Both the position numbers and the translations under genes were made by a program. DNA of 64,000 bases from Lentisphaerota bacterium. Its GTDB lineage: Bacteria > Verrucomicrobiota > Kiritimatiellia > CAIQIC01 > JAGNIJ01. Under the pieces are notes generated by a model. It saw only the letters and a list, made by a program, of their open reading frames with translations, searched no databases and was not told the DNA's origin. The stretch spans positions 69,566 through 133,565 of the forward strand of contig JBPOJF010000010.1 in NCBI GenBank assembly GCA_052033915.1. Direction: 5' to 3'. This document shows, one piece after another, positions 28,624-38,746 of the stretch (positions within the stretch are counted from its first letter, which is position 1; each line of letters opens with the position of its first letter).

Positions 28624-29454
28624 ATGGCGTTGCCGAAACGGAAAACGGTCCGAATTCAACTGCCGGCGCCGAAGGACCATTCCAAGGAACCGGTCAAGAC
28701 GGTCGGCGTGATTCCCGCGCGATGGGGGTCCACGCGGTTCCCCGGAAAAAGCCTGGCGCCCCTCTGCGGAAAGCCGCTGATCCAGTGGGTCATCGAGCGG
28801 GCGCGGCAGGCGAAGAAGCTGGACCGGCTGATCGTGGCCACCGATGACGGGCGCATCCGTAACGTCGTGGCCGGGTTGGGTGTCGAGGTGGTCATGACCC
28901 GGTCGGACCATCCGTCGGGGACGGACCGCATAGCCGAGGCGCTGCGCGATATCGAGGCCGACGTGGCGGTGAACATCCAGGGCGACGAGCCGATGATCGA
29001 TCCGAAGCTGATCGACGAGATGGCTCATTTCCTGGCGGTGAATCACGATTGGGACATGGTCACCGCCGCGACGGCGATCCGGGATGCTTCGGAGGTCCAC
29101 AAGGCGTCGGTGGTGAAGGTGGTCTGGGATTACGACGGCCGCGCGCTTTATTTCTCGCGGTCCGTCATTCCGCATCTGCGGGAAAAGGACTCTGGCGTCG
29201 CGTCGCGCGACCCCTTATACTGGCGGCACATAGGGATTTACGCCTATCGGCGCGTGTTCCTGCAGAAGCTGGTCGCCACGCCGCCGTGTCTTTTGGAGAG
29301 GGTCGAGAAACTGGAGCAGCTCCGGGCCCTGTACATCGGTTGTCGAATGAAGCTTCTGAGGGTGAAAGACGTCGGTGTGGGAGTCGACACGCCTGAAGAC
29401 ATCCGGACGGCGGAGTCGGCATTGAGGAAAGCCGGCCTGGTTCAGCAAGGCTGA
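28624..29454 (+). CDS. kdsB: CMP-KDO synthetase
   Basis: IPARWGSTRFPGK, SGTDRI, NIQGDEP, YFSR, HIGIYAY, LEQLRAL. Confidence 0.96.
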   Translation: MALPKRKTVRIQLPAPKDHSKEPVKTVGVIPARWGSTRFPGKSLAPLCGKPLIQWVIERARQAKKLDRLIVATDDGRIRNVVAGLGVEVVMTRSDHPSGTDRIAEALRDIEADVAVNIQGDEPMIDPKLIDEMAHFLAVNHDWDMVTAATAIRDASEVHKASVVKVVWDYDGRALYFSRSVIPHLREKDSGVASRDPLYWRHIGIYAYRRVFLQKLVATPPCLLERVEKLEQLRALYIGCRMKLLRVKDVGVGVDTPEDIRTAESALRKAGLVQQG

Positions 29455-29462
29455 AATCCGAA

Positions 29463-30284
29463 ATGGCAACGCGATCGATAAAAATCGGCAAACTGAAAAT
29501 CGGCGGGAACGCCCCGCTCGTTCTGATGGCCGGCCCCTGCGTCATCGAGAGCCCGAAGGCGTGTCTGGACCTTGCGGGCCGGCTGGTCCGGCTTGCCCGT
29601 AGCGAGAAGATCCCCTTCATTTTCAAGGCCTCCTATGACAAGGCCAACCGCACCTCGCATCACTCGTTTCGCGGCCCGGGCCTGTCGAGAGGGCTCGATA
29701 TCCTCGCGGAAGTGAAGGCGCGTTTCGGCGTGCCGATCCTGGTGGATGTCCATCACGAGACCGAGGTTCCATTGGCCGCGAAGGTGGCGGATATCCTGCA
29801 ACTGCCCGCGTTCCTGTGCCGTCAGACAGACCTCGTGCTGGCGCTGGGGGAGAGCGGAAAGGTCGTGAACATCAAGAAGGGCCAGTTTCTCGCGCCGTGG
29901 GATGTCCGGCACATCATCGGAAAGATCGAAAGCACCGGGAACCGGAATATCATCGTCACGGAACGCGGCGCGTCGTTCGGGTATAACAACCTCGTCGCCG
30001 ACATGCGCAGCCTGCTGGTTCTCCGCGAATTCGGGTACCCGGTGGTGTTCGATGCGACGCACAGCGTGCAATCGCCCGGCGGCGCGGGGGATCACACCGG
30101 CGGAGACGGGCGCTGGGCGCCGAACCTGGCGAGGGCCGCGGTGGCGACCGGCTGCGACGGCGTGTTCATCGAGACGCATGTCAATCCGGCCAAGGCCCTT
30201 TCGGACCGGGAGAACGCCATCCCGTTTTCCGCGTTGAAGCCGCTTTGGCGTCAATTGAGGAGCATCCATGAGCTTGTCCGCTGA
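29463..30284 (+). CDS. kdsA: KDO-8-phosphate synthase
   Basis: AGPCVIES, KASYDKANRTS, PAFLCRQTDL, KKGQF, FDATHSVQ. Confidence 0.97.
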   Translation: MATRSIKIGKLKIGGNAPLVLMAGPCVIESPKACLDLAGRLVRLARSEKIPFIFKASYDKANRTSHHSFRGPGLSRGLDILAEVKARFGVPILVDVHHETEVPLAAKVADILQLPAFLCRQTDLVLALGESGKVVNIKKGQFLAPWDVRHIIGKIESTGNRNIIVTERGASFGYNNLVADMRSLLVLREFGYPVVFDATHSVQSPGGAGDHTGGDGRWAPNLARAAVATGCDGVFIETHVNPAKALSDRENAIPFSALKPLWRQLRSIHELVR

Positions 30285-30804
30285 ACAGCGCGCCGCCGTT
30301 GTGGAGGCGATCATTTTTGATGTGGACGGCGTGCTGACGCGCGGCGATATCATTTACGCGTCCGAAGGCGAATGGAAGACCTTCAACGCGCAGGATGGGA
30401 TGGGATTCGATCTTGCCCGGCAGGCCGGGGTGAAGGTGGGCCTTTTTTCCGGCCGCGCTTCCGCGGCCGTGAGGCGGCGCGCGAAGGAACTGCACGTGAA
30501 CGCGCTGGCGGAGGGCGTGAAGGACAAGGGCGCCGCGATCGGCGAACTGATGGAAAAGTTGAAGGTCAAGCCCGAGCAGGTGTGTTATGTCGGCGACGAC
30601 CTGGTCGATCTGCCCGCAATGTCCGCGGCCGGCTTCCCGGTGGCGGTCGCCAACGCGGTGGAGGAGGTCAAGAAGGCTTCCGCGTGGGTGACGACCCGGC
30701 GGGGCGGCGACGGCGCCGCGCGCGAGGTGATCGAGTTTGTGTTGAAGGCGAGGGGTCTTTGGCCGAAAGTGATTCAACGTTACATGAGGAAGTCCGATGA
30801 ATAA
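30268..30804 (+). CDS. kdsC: KDO-8-phosphate phosphatase
   Basis: FDVDGVLT, GDDLVD, GGDGAAREV. Confidence 0.94.
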   Translation: MSLSAEQRAAVVEAIIFDVDGVLTRGDIIYASEGEWKTFNAQDGMGFDLARQAGVKVGLFSGRASAAVRRRAKELHVNALAEGVKDKGAAIGELMEKLKVKPEQVCYVGDDLVDLPAMSAAGFPVAVANAVEEVKKASAWVTTRRGGDGAAREVIEFVLKARGLWPKVIQRYMRKSDE

Positions 30805-31231
30805 ACCAGGGTTGGCGCTGGCGCTGTGGATGGCTCTCGCCGCCGGGAGTTGGGCCGCGGAAGACGAGGCCCAGACCGTGGCGGGCTTCCGGGTGCCGGA
30901 GTACGACGAAAACAACCAGTTGAAATCGCAGTTGTTCGGCGATTTCGCCAAGGTGTTGCCGGATGGCGTCATCGAGATCACGCAGTTGAAGATCGACTTT
31001 TATTCCGGCGGAGAAGTCGAGATGACGGTGACGGCTCCCCGGTGTACATATAGGCAGAAGGAATCCCGGGCCGAGTCCGACGCCGACGTCCGCATCACCC
31101 GGGAGGATATGGTGGTGACGGGCCGGGGGTTTGCGTGGAACGGGCGCAACGAGACGTTCGAGATCTTCAAGGAGGCCAAGGTGGTCTTGAAGGGCGGCCG
31201 CAAACAAATGGCCGCAGGAGCAATAGAATGA
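30797..31231 (+). CDS. lptC: LPS export protein LptC-like
   Basis: Signal peptide, beta-jellyroll pattern, position between kdsC and lptA. Confidence 0.75.
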   Translation: MNKPGLALALWMALAAGSWAAEDEAQTVAGFRVPEYDENNQLKSQLFGDFAKVLPDGVIEITQLKIDFYSGGEVEMTVTAPRCTYRQKESRAESDADVRITREDMVVTGRGFAWNGRNETFEIFKEAKVVLKGGRKQMAAGAIE

Positions 31232-31737
31232 ACCGTTTTCAGAAACAGTTGATGATCGCAGGCATAGTCGTCGCGGGCGCGGCGCTGCCGGTCCTGGCCG
31301 CCGGGGAGGCGGCCGGCGGATCGTCCGTGGAGCCCGTGACCGTGGTCACGTCCGAGAAGCTGACGTTCGATTACAAGAAGCAGTACGCTCTCTTCGAGAA
31401 GAACGTGGTGGTCACGGACCCGGAGATGCAGTTGGCCGCGGACCGCCTCACGGTGTTTTTCGACCGCAAGGGCAAGGCCAAATCCGTCAAGGCCGAAGGG
31501 CGCGTCACGATTCAGCAGGCCGATAAGACCGCGCAGTCCGGCCTGGCGACCTACGATTTCGAAACGGGCAAGATCGTGCTCGCGGTGAAGCCCCGCGTCA
31601 CGCGCGGCCGGGATACGCTCGAAGGGGAGCTCATCACGTTCTGGCGCGACCAGAACCGCATGATCTGCCAGCCGCAGGCCCGGCTGGTGATTTACCCGGA
31701 AAAAGGCGGCGTCAAGGATCAGTTCTTTGGAGATTAG
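31228..31737 (+). CDS. lptA: LPS export protein LptA/OstA-like
   Basis: ATG 31228; signal peptide; NVVVTD..LAAD.L, AEGRVTI, A.YD...IVL...PRV. Confidence 0.8.
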   Translation: MNRFQKQLMIAGIVVAGAALPVLAAGEAAGGSSVEPVTVVTSEKLTFDYKKQYALFEKNVVVTDPEMQLAADRLTVFFDRKGKAKSVKAEGRVTIQQADKTAQSGLATYDFETGKIVLAVKPRVTRGRDTLEGELITFWRDQNRMICQPQARLVIYPEKGGVKDQFFGD

Positions 31738-31741
31738 CCGA

Positions 31742-32476
31742 GTGGAAAACTCATCCTCTCTTGTTGAAACCCGCGAGCTCGTCAAGGCGTACAGGCGCCG
31801 CAACGTCGTCAACGGCGTCAACCTTACGGTGAACCGCGGCGAGATCGTCGGCCTGCTGGGTCCGAACGGCGCGGGGAAAACCACCAGCTTCTACATGATC
31901 GTGGGGCTCATCAAGCCCACGGCGGGCCAGGTCTTTTTCAAGGGGCAGGACGTGACGCAGAAGCCGATGTACTACCGCTCGCGCATGGGGATGGGGTATC
32001 TTTCCCAGGAGCCGTCCATCTTCCGGCGGCTGACGGTCGAGGAGAACGTTATGGCGATCCTGGAGACGCTGCCGATCTCGGCGCGCGAGCGGCGCCAGAG
32101 GCTGGAGTTCCTGCTGGAGGAACTGAAGATCGGCTACCTCGCCAAGCAGAAGGCGTACACGCTCAGCGGCGGCGAGCGGCGCCGCCTCGAAATCACGCGC
32201 GCCCTCGTGACGAGCCCGTCGCTGATCCTGCTGGACGAGCCGTTCAGCGGCGTCGATCCGCTCGCGGTCTATGATGTTCAGCAGATCGTGATGGATCTCA
32301 AGCAGCGGGGCCTGGGCGTTCTGATCACCGACCACAACGTCCGGGAGACGCTCGCGGTGGTGGATCGCGCGTACCTGATCTGCGAGGGAAAGGTCCTGCG
32401 CGAGGGAACCAGTTCGTTTCTGATCAACGACGAGGTAAGCCGCGAACTCTACCTGGGTCCGCGGTTCAGCATGTAG
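31742..32476 (+). CDS. lptB: LPS export ABC transporter ATPase
   Basis: GPNGAGKTT, GYLSQEPSIFRRLTV, LSGGERRR, LDEPFSGVDP, ITDHNVRETL. Confidence 0.97.
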   Translation: MENSSSLVETRELVKAYRRRNVVNGVNLTVNRGEIVGLLGPNGAGKTTSFYMIVGLIKPTAGQVFFKGQDVTQKPMYYRSRMGMGYLSQEPSIFRRLTVEENVMAILETLPISARERRQRLEFLLEELKIGYLAKQKAYTLSGGERRRLEITRALVTSPSLILLDEPFSGVDPLAVYDVQQIVMDLKQRGLGVLITDHNVRETLAVVDRAYLICEGKVLREGTSSFLINDEVSRELYLGPRFSM

Positions 32477-32507
32477 CAAAACGACACGAGAAAGAAGGAG
32501 GCCCATA

Positions 32508-32861
32508 GTGCAAATTACTGTCACCGGCCGTCGCATGGAGATCACCGATGCGATTCGCGGGCACGTCGAAAAAAAGATCACCCGCGAACTGTCCGTTTTT
32601 TCCCGTCTGCAGAGTGTCCAGGTTGTCCTGGACATCGAGAAGTACCGCCACATTGCCGAGGTCGTTGCCCAGGCTCCGCATCACATCCGGGTCGAGGCGA
32701 GGGAAGAGTCGAACGACATGTACGCCTCGATCGACCGCGCGGTCGAAAGGGTCGAGAAGCAGCTTCACAAGGTCTGGGGCAAACTCCAGACCATCAAGTC
32801 CCGCGAGCGCCTGGTGGATGTCGAGCCGAACGTCCAGGAGCCGGAAGAACAGGCGCCCTGA
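32508..32861 (+). CDS. hpf: Ribosome hibernation factor (HPF/RaiA)
   Basis: ITVTGRRMEITDAIR, DMYASIDRAVERVEKQL. Confidence 0.92.
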   Translation: MQITVTGRRMEITDAIRGHVEKKITRELSVFSRLQSVQVVLDIEKYRHIAEVVAQAPHHIRVEAREESNDMYASIDRAVERVEKQLHKVWGKLQTIKSRERLVDVEPNVQEPEEQAP

Positions 32862-32916
32862 GCGGGGCGGGCGGTTTCGCGGCGCGGCGTCGGGATTCAT
32901 CGGGAGGGGCATCATC

Positions 32917-33855
32917 GTGGGAGTCACAGTACGGGATTTTCTGGAGGCAGGCCGCAAGAGCCTTTCGCTGAAGGTCGTGGCGGGAGAGAAATACCTCGAC
33001 CGTCCGATCCCGGAACGGGCGTTGAACCGGCCGGGTCTGGCGTTGGCGGGTTTCTTTCAGTATTTCGCGCACCGGCGCATTCAGGTTCTGGGCCTTGCGG
33101 AAAGCGCCTACCTGAAGAGCCTGCCGGCCGAGGAACGCGCCGCGCGCGTCCGGCAGTTCCTCAAAAAGAAGATTCCGTGCGTGGCCATTACCCGGGGCCG
33201 CCGCACCTTCAGCGAAATCGAGAAGATGGCCGACCGCTTCCATGTGCCGGTGCTCCGAAGCTCGATGATCACCAGCCGTTTTGTCAACGCGGCGACGATC
33301 ATCATGGAGAACCTGATGAGCCCGCGCATGCGGGTCCAAGGCACCATGGTCGATATCATGGGCATCGGCGTGCTCCTGGAGGGCGAGTCCGGCGTCGGCA
33401 AGAGCGAAACCGCCCTCGCCCTGATCAAGGCGGGGTACAGTCTCGTGGCCGATGATTCCACCGCCCTGCGCCGCGACAGCACCGGCGCGGTCTTGGGTTC
33501 GGCGGTCGAGATTACTCGCTACCACATGGAAATCCGCGGGCCGGGCATCATCCATGTTCCGAGCCTTTTTGGTGTGGCGTCGGTCCGCAGCGAGATGCGG
33601 CTGGACTTGATCGTCCACCTGCACCGCCCGGTTCCCTGGATCGAGGACGACCGTACGGGCCTGGCCAATCAGTCCCGCGATGTTCTGGGTGTCCGGATCC
33701 CCGTGATCACGATTCCGGTGGCCGCCGGCCGCGATCTGGCGCACGTGGTTGAGGTAGCCGCGCTCAACCAACGGTTGAAACAGCTCGGCCATGACGCGGC
33801 CAAGGAACTTGACGACAGGATAGTCCTGGCCCTGACGCGGAAGAAAACCCTGTGA
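32917..33855 (+). CDS. hprK: HPr kinase/phosphorylase
   Basis: NRPGLALAGF, GESGVGKSE (Walker A), LVADD, EIRGxGII. Confidence 0.95.
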   Translation: MGVTVRDFLEAGRKSLSLKVVAGEKYLDRPIPERALNRPGLALAGFFQYFAHRRIQVLGLAESAYLKSLPAEERAARVRQFLKKKIPCVAITRGRRTFSEIEKMADRFHVPVLRSSMITSRFVNAATIIMENLMSPRMRVQGTMVDIMGIGVLLEGESGVGKSETALALIKAGYSLVADDSTALRRDSTGAVLGSAVEITRYHMEIRGPGIIHVPSLFGVASVRSEMRLDLIVHLHRPVPWIEDDRTGLANQSRDVLGVRIPVITIPVAAGRDLAHVVEVAALNQRLKQLGHDAAKELDDRIVLALTRKKTL

Positions 33856-34157
33856 CGAAGAAGCCCCAGACAGACCGACAGCCGGCGAACGTGCTTGTCC
33901 GGAATTTGACCATTCTCAACCGATTTGGTATTCACGCAAGGCCTGCCGCCCTGTTTGTGAAGACGGCCAGCCGGTTTACGTCCGACATCACGGTCGAGAA
34001 AGATGGGGCCGTCGTCTCGGCCAAAAGCATCATGGGCCTGCTGACGCTGGAGGGGAGCCAGGGCACGGTGCTCAAGGTGACGGCGATGGGCGCGGATGCG
34101 GAAGCGGCCCTGAATGCGCTGGAAGATTTGATGAAGCAGAAGTTTTTCGAGGATTAG
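33852..34157 (+). CDS. ptsH: Phosphocarrier protein HPr
   Basis: GIHARPAA (His15) and SAKSIMGLL (Ser46). Confidence 0.95.
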   Translation: MTKKPQTDRQPANVLVRNLTILNRFGIHARPAALFVKTASRFTSDITVEKDGAVVSAKSIMGLLTLEGSQGTVLKVTAMGADAEAALNALEDLMKQKFFED

Positions 34158-34162
34158 CAGGG

Positions 34163-35947
34163 ATGACGGACCCATCACATGAGGGCCTGAAGGAGATTGA
34201 GATCAAGGGTATTCCCGGTTCGCCGGGCGTCGCCGTCGGTCCCGTTCTCCTGGTGAAGACGGAGGATGAACGCCTCGTCGAACGCACGATCAGCGAGGAG
34301 GAGATTCCGCGCGAAATCGCCCGCTTCGAAGAAGCCCTGATCAATACCCGCCGCCAGGTCCACGAGATTCAGCAGAAGGTCAGCAACGCCATCGGGCAGG
34401 AAAGCGCGAGCATCTTCGATGCCCACCTGCTGGTGGTGGACGACCGGTCGTTTGTCGAGGAGGTTATTCGCGGGCTCGGAACCCAGCGCCGGAATATCGA
34501 GGCCGTTCTGACTGCCGTGGCGGATCGGTACGCCGACGCGCTTTTGGCGATCGAGGATGATTACCTCCGCGAGCGCGCTGCGGATGTCCGCGACGTGACC
34601 CGGCGCATTCTCCGCAACCTGTCCGGCCGCAGCAGTACGCTCCTGACCCGGCTGGACAAGCCTTACATCGTGGTGTCGAACGACCTGGCGCCCTCTGATA
34701 CGGCGACGTTGAACAAGGAAATGGTCATGGGCCTCGGCACCGACCTGGGAAGCCCGACGTCCCACACGGCGATCATGGCCCGGGCCATGGCGATTCCCGC
34801 GGTGGTCGGCCTGCACGACGTCAGCGTGCGCGTCTCCACCGGCGACATGGTGCTGATCGACGGCAACAAGGGCCTGTTCATCATTCATCCCACGCACGAG
34901 CGGCTCGCTTACTACGGCAAGGTGCAGGAGATCCGCCAGAGCGTGGAAGCCCGGCTCAAGGAGCTCAAGGACCAGCCGGCCATTACGAAGGACGGCTACC
35001 AGGTCACGCTCTCCGCGAACATTGAACTGCCCGGCGATGTGGACGCCGTGCTCCAGAACGGCGCCGTGGGCGTCGGCCTGTTCCGCACCGAGTATCTTTA
35101 CCTGTCCTCCAAGCAGCAGCTGCCGACCGAGGACGATCAGTACAACGCCTACACCGAGGTCGCCCGCCAACTGGGGGATGCGCCCGCCATTATTCGCACG
35201 CTCGATCTCGGCGGCGACAAGTTTCTCTCCCATCTCAAGACGCCGGCAGAACTGAACCCGTTCATGGGCTGGCGGGCGATCCGTTTCTGCCTGGCCCAGC
35301 CGGATATTTTCAAGACCCAGCTTCGGGCGGTTCTGCGCGCCAGCACCCACGAGAACATCAAGCTCATGTACCCGATGGTGAGCAACGTGGGCGAGGTTGT
35401 CCGCGCCAACGAATTTCTCGAGGAGGCCAAGAACGAGCTTCGCCAGCGCGGCCAGCCGTTCAACGACGACATAGAAGTCGGCGCGATGATCGAGGTTCCG
35501 TCCGCGGCGATCACGGCCAACCTGATCGCGCCGCACGTGGATTTCTTCAGCCTGGGCACGAACGATCTCGTCCAGTATACGATGGCGGTCGACCGCGTGA
35601 ACGAACGCGTGGCGTATCTCTACGAGCCCACGCACCCCGCGATTATCCGGCTGATCAAAAACACGATCGACGTCGGTCACGAGCATGGGATCTGGGTGGG
35701 CATCTGCGGAGAGATGGCCGCCAACCCCCTGATGGCCCCCCTCCTGATGGGGCTCGGTCTTGACGAGTTCAGCATGAGCCCGTCGTCCATTCCCCTGGTC
35801 AAGGAAGCCGTCCGCAGCGTCATGTTCCACGAGGCGGAGGAACTCGCGAGGCACGTGCTGGTGTCCGAGTCCGCCCCGAAGGTTCTGGATCTCTGCCTCA
35901 AACTGCTGGAACGAGTGGCTCCGGAAATACTTGAATTAGTCAGCTGA
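34163..35947 (+). CDS. ptsI: PTS enzyme I
   Basis: TSHTAIMAR (phospho-His), GLFRTE, RTLDLGGDK, NPFMGWRAIR, GTNDLVQY, CGEMA. Confidence 0.96.
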   Translation: MTDPSHEGLKEIEIKGIPGSPGVAVGPVLLVKTEDERLVERTISEEEIPREIARFEEALINTRRQVHEIQQKVSNAIGQESASIFDAHLLVVDDRSFVEEVIRGLGTQRRNIEAVLTAVADRYADALLAIEDDYLRERAADVRDVTRRILRNLSGRSSTLLTRLDKPYIVVSNDLAPSDTATLNKEMVMGLGTDLGSPTSHTAIMARAMAIPAVVGLHDVSVRVSTGDMVLIDGNKGLFIIHPTHERLAYYGKVQEIRQSVEARLKELKDQPAITKDGYQVTLSANIELPGDVDAVLQNGAVGVGLFRTEYLYLSSKQQLPTEDDQYNAYTEVARQLGDAPAIIRTLDLGGDKFLSHLKTPAELNPFMGWRAIRFCLAQPDIFKTQLRAVLRASTHENIKLMYPMVSNVGEVVRANEFLEEAKNELRQRGQPFNDDIEVGAMIEVPSAAITANLIAPHVDFFSLGTNDLVQYTMAVDRVNERVAYLYEPTHPAIIRLIKNTIDVGHEHGIWVGICGEMAANPLMAPLLMGLGLDEFSMSPSSIPLVKEAVRSVMFHEAEELARHVLVSESAPKVLDLCLKLLERVAPEILELVS

Positions 35948-35992
35948 AATCGGCATCTTGACCGCTTGTCGAAAAACAGTAAGGAGCATCCC

Positions 35993-37165
35993 ATGTCATT
36001 ACAGCGTTCGTTTCTCTTCACGTCGGAATCGGTGACCGAAGGTCATCCGGACAAGCTCTGCGACGGCGTTTCGGACTGCATTCTCGACGCCTGCCTTGCG
36101 CAGGACAAGCGCAGCCGCGTGGCCTGTGAAACGCTCGCCAAGACGGGCATGGTCGTCGTCGCCGGCGAGATCACCACCCACGCCGCGCTCAACTACGCCG
36201 ATATCGTCCGCGAAAAGGTGAAGAAGATCGGCTACGACAGCTCGGAACTTGGATTCGACGGCAATGCCTGTGCGGTGCTCGTGGCCCTCGACAAGCAGTC
36301 GCCGGATATCTCCCAGGGCGTCACCGTCGGGAAAGGCCTGTTCAAGGAGCAGGGCGCTGGCGACCAGGGCATGATGTTCGGCTACGCGTGCGATGAAACG
36401 CGCGAGCTGATGCCGCTTCCGATCATGCTGGCCCACCGCCTGACCCGCGGCCTCGCGAAGGTTCGCCGTTCTGGCAAGCTTCCGTTCGTCCGTCCCGACG
36501 GCAAGTCCCAGGTCACCGTCCTCTACGAGAACAACCGCCCTGTCCGCGTGGACACCGTGGTCATCTCGACCCAGCACTCGCCGGACGTCTCCTACAACAA
36601 GCTGAAAGAAGGAATCATCGAGGAACTGATCAAGAAGGAAGTTCCCGCGAAGATGATGGACAAGAAGACGCGGTTTCTGGTGAACCCGACCGGCCGTTTC
36701 GTGGTCGGCGGCCCGCAGGGCGACTGCGGCGTGACCGGCCGGAAGATCATCGTGGACACCTACGGCGGCATGGGTCGGCACGGCGGCGGCGCGTTCTCCG
36801 GCAAGGACCCGTCCAAGGTGGACCGCAGCGCGGCCTACATGGCCCGCTACGTGGCCAAGAACATCGTCGCCGCGAAGCTCGCGCGCCGGTGCGAGGTCCA
36901 GTTGGCGTATGCGATCGGATATCCCGAGCCCGTCTCTGTCCTTGTCCAGACCTTCGGAACCGGCATCGCCCCCGAGGAGAAGATTGAGCGCGCCGTCCGC
37001 AAGGTGTTCGGCCTGAAGCCGGCCGAGATCATCCGGCAGCTCGACCTGCTCCGTCCGATCTACGAGGAGACCTCCTCATACGGTCATTTCGGACGCACGG
37101 ACCAGTTGGATATCTTCACCTGGGAACGCACGAACAAGGTGGATGCCCTCCTGCGGGCGATCTAA
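35993..37165 (+). CDS. metK: S-adenosylmethionine synthetase
   Basis: [28 protein letters not shown]; AAGGAG RBS. Confidence 0.98.
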   Translation: MSLQRSFLFTSESVTEGHPDKLCDGVSDCILDACLAQDKRSRVACETLAKTGMVVVAGEITTHAALNYADIVREKVKKIGYDSSELGFDGNACAVLVALDKQSPDISQGVTVGKGLFKEQGAGDQGMMFGYACDETRELMPLPIMLAHRLTRGLAKVRRSGKLPFVRPDGKSQVTVLYENNRPVRVDTVVISTQHSPDVSYNKLKEGIIEELIKKEVPAKMMDKKTRFLVNPTGRFVVGGPQGDCGVTGRKIIVDTYGGMGRHGGGAFSGKDPSKVDRSAAYMARYVAKNIVAAKLARRCEVQLAYAIGYPEPVSVLVQTFGTGIAPEEKIERAVRKVFGLKPAEIIRQLDLLRPIYEETSSYGHFGRTDQLDIFTWERTNKVDALLRAI

Positions 37166-37179
37166 AGACTGTGGCGAAT

Positions 37180-37232
37180 GGGCAGGGGCGAGGCGGGGTG
37201 TCCGCCGTCCCGGCGGAGGCTTTTCCCTGCCC
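37180..37232. terminator. Nested stem-loop between convergent metK and UGPase, probable terminator
   Basis: gggcaggg (37180-87) pairs with ccctgccc (37225-32); inner tccgccg-tcc-cggcgga followed by ggctttt. Confidence 0.45.
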
Positions 37233-37257
37233 GGGGACGGGCGACCCTGCTTGCTGT

Positions 37258-38625
37258 TCACGACAGGACGGTGTTATCGGGAATCCGCTTGGGCTGTGCG
37301 CCGTCGGTCTTCAGCGTGACATGGCCGGTGACGGTCACATTCTTGCCGAACCGGAAATCGCCCTTCACCGTCAGGCCGTCGCAATTCAGCAGCGACGGCG
37401 CGCCCTCCGGCACGCGCGCGCGCAGGTTCTCGTAGGCGCCGAAGAACGCGGGGTCCAAGTGAACGACAACCGGCCTTCCCTTTCTCGCCGGGTGCAGGTT
37501 CACGTGCATGTCGTCGCCGAGCGTGTACGCGTCCGACCACAGCGCGAGCAGGTCGTTCGTCGTTTTGACCGGAGCGAACCGGGTCCGCGGAACGCACACG
37601 GCGCGCGCGTTCTTGAAGATGGAAATGGCCGCGCCCATGGCCGTCTCGAGCTGGAAGACCGGCGTGGATTCCGGATCGGCCGGGTCCACCGACTTGCGGT
37701 TGATGATCAGCGGCAGTTCCATGAAATGGCCGTGCCGGTCGAGCCGGCCTTTGAGCGCCTTCAGGTTGATCCAAAGGTTGTTTGTATTGAAATACGTATA
37801 CTTTCGGATGTCCTGAAACTCGTCCTTCTCGGTGTCCGGACACTGCGCGCTCTCGCGGAGAATCAGGCCGCCGCCTTTCAAGCGGGCGAGGTGTCCGCCC
37901 TTCCGGTCCGCCTCCGTGCGCGGTGTCACTTCCATCAGGAACGGGATGTTCTCCGCGGCGAAATATCCAAGGATTGGGAGGCTGACCGTCGCGCCGAGGT
38001 TGTCGATGTTGGACACGAAGGCATACTCGTAGCCGTCCGTCAGCAGGCGGGCCAGCAGGCCCGACGTGACCAGGGCGGGGTAGATATCGCCGTGCCCCGG
38101 CGGGCACCACTCGCGGGCGCGATCGGCCGGCCAATCCACGGGTTGAAGATTGTCCTGCCGGATCTTCGGCGTCTGGTGTTGGACGAAGGTCAGGGGCTCC
38201 TCCTCGTGCGAATTCAGGGCGGCCCGTGTTTCCGCGTCCGTGTTGAAGCTGTTCATCAGGATCAGAGGAATCCGCGAGCCGGCGCTTCGTCGAAGATGCT
38301 GGACCTGGCCGATGACGACATCCAGAAAGGTGAGCCCGTTCTTCACCACGAGGAGAGATTTGGTTCGATCCAGCCCCATGCTCGTGCCGAGGCCGCCGTT
38401 CAGTTTGATGATCAGCGTCTTGCGTAGCGCCGCCTGCCCGGCGTCGGTGTGCGGCTCCAGCGACTCGGTCCCCGGCAATGACTCCACCGGCTCGATCATC
38501 GTGCGGTCCAGAAACCCGGTGAACCCCTTCGCGAGCTTGTTGTACTGGGTAAGAAAGGAATCGATCGCCAGCGGCGGCATGCCGATCCTTCGCATGCGCT
38601 CGGTAATGGCTTGAATAGCGGTCAT
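37258..38625 (-). CDS. UTP--glucose-1-phosphate uridylyltransferase, eukaryote-type UDPGP family (not GalU)
   Basis: KLNGGLGTSMG, LMNSFNT, WCPPGHGD, SNIDNLGA, DRKGGHL, FNTNNLW, QLETAMG, RFAPVKTTNDL. Confidence 0.92.
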   Translation of the reverse strand: MTAIQAITERMRRIGMPPLAIDSFLTQYNKLAKGFTGFLDRTMIEPVESLPGTESLEPHTDAGQAALRKTLIIKLNGGLGTSMGLDRTKSLLVVKNGLTFLDVVIGQVQHLRRSAGSRIPLILMNSFNTDAETRAALNSHEEEPLTFVQHQTPKIRQDNLQPVDWPADRAREWCPPGHGDIYPALVTSGLLARLLTDGYEYAFVSNIDNLGATVSLPILGYFAAENIPFLMEVTPRTEADRKGGHLARLKGGGLILRESAQCPDTEKDEFQDIRKYTYFNTNNLWINLKALKGRLDRHGHFMELPLIINRKSVDPADPESTPVFQLETAMGAAISIFKNARAVCVPRTRFAPVKTTNDLLALWSDAYTLGDDMHVNLHPARKGRPVVVHLDPAFFGAYENLRARVPEGAPSLLNCDGLTVKGDFRFGKNVTVTGHVTLKTDGAQPKRIPDNTVLS

Positions 38626-38746
38626 GGCGCGCAGTGTACGCAAGCCGCGCGGGTCAATCAAGCCGCTCTCATCTTGAACAGGAATGCCGCCAAGACCTCG
38701 AAGGCCGGACGAATCTCAACCCTCCGTGGTCTTCCTGTTGGGCCGG

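Noticed and set aside
35948-35992. SAM riboswitch upstream of metK
   Set aside because: Intergenic space is only 45 nt and contains just an RBS
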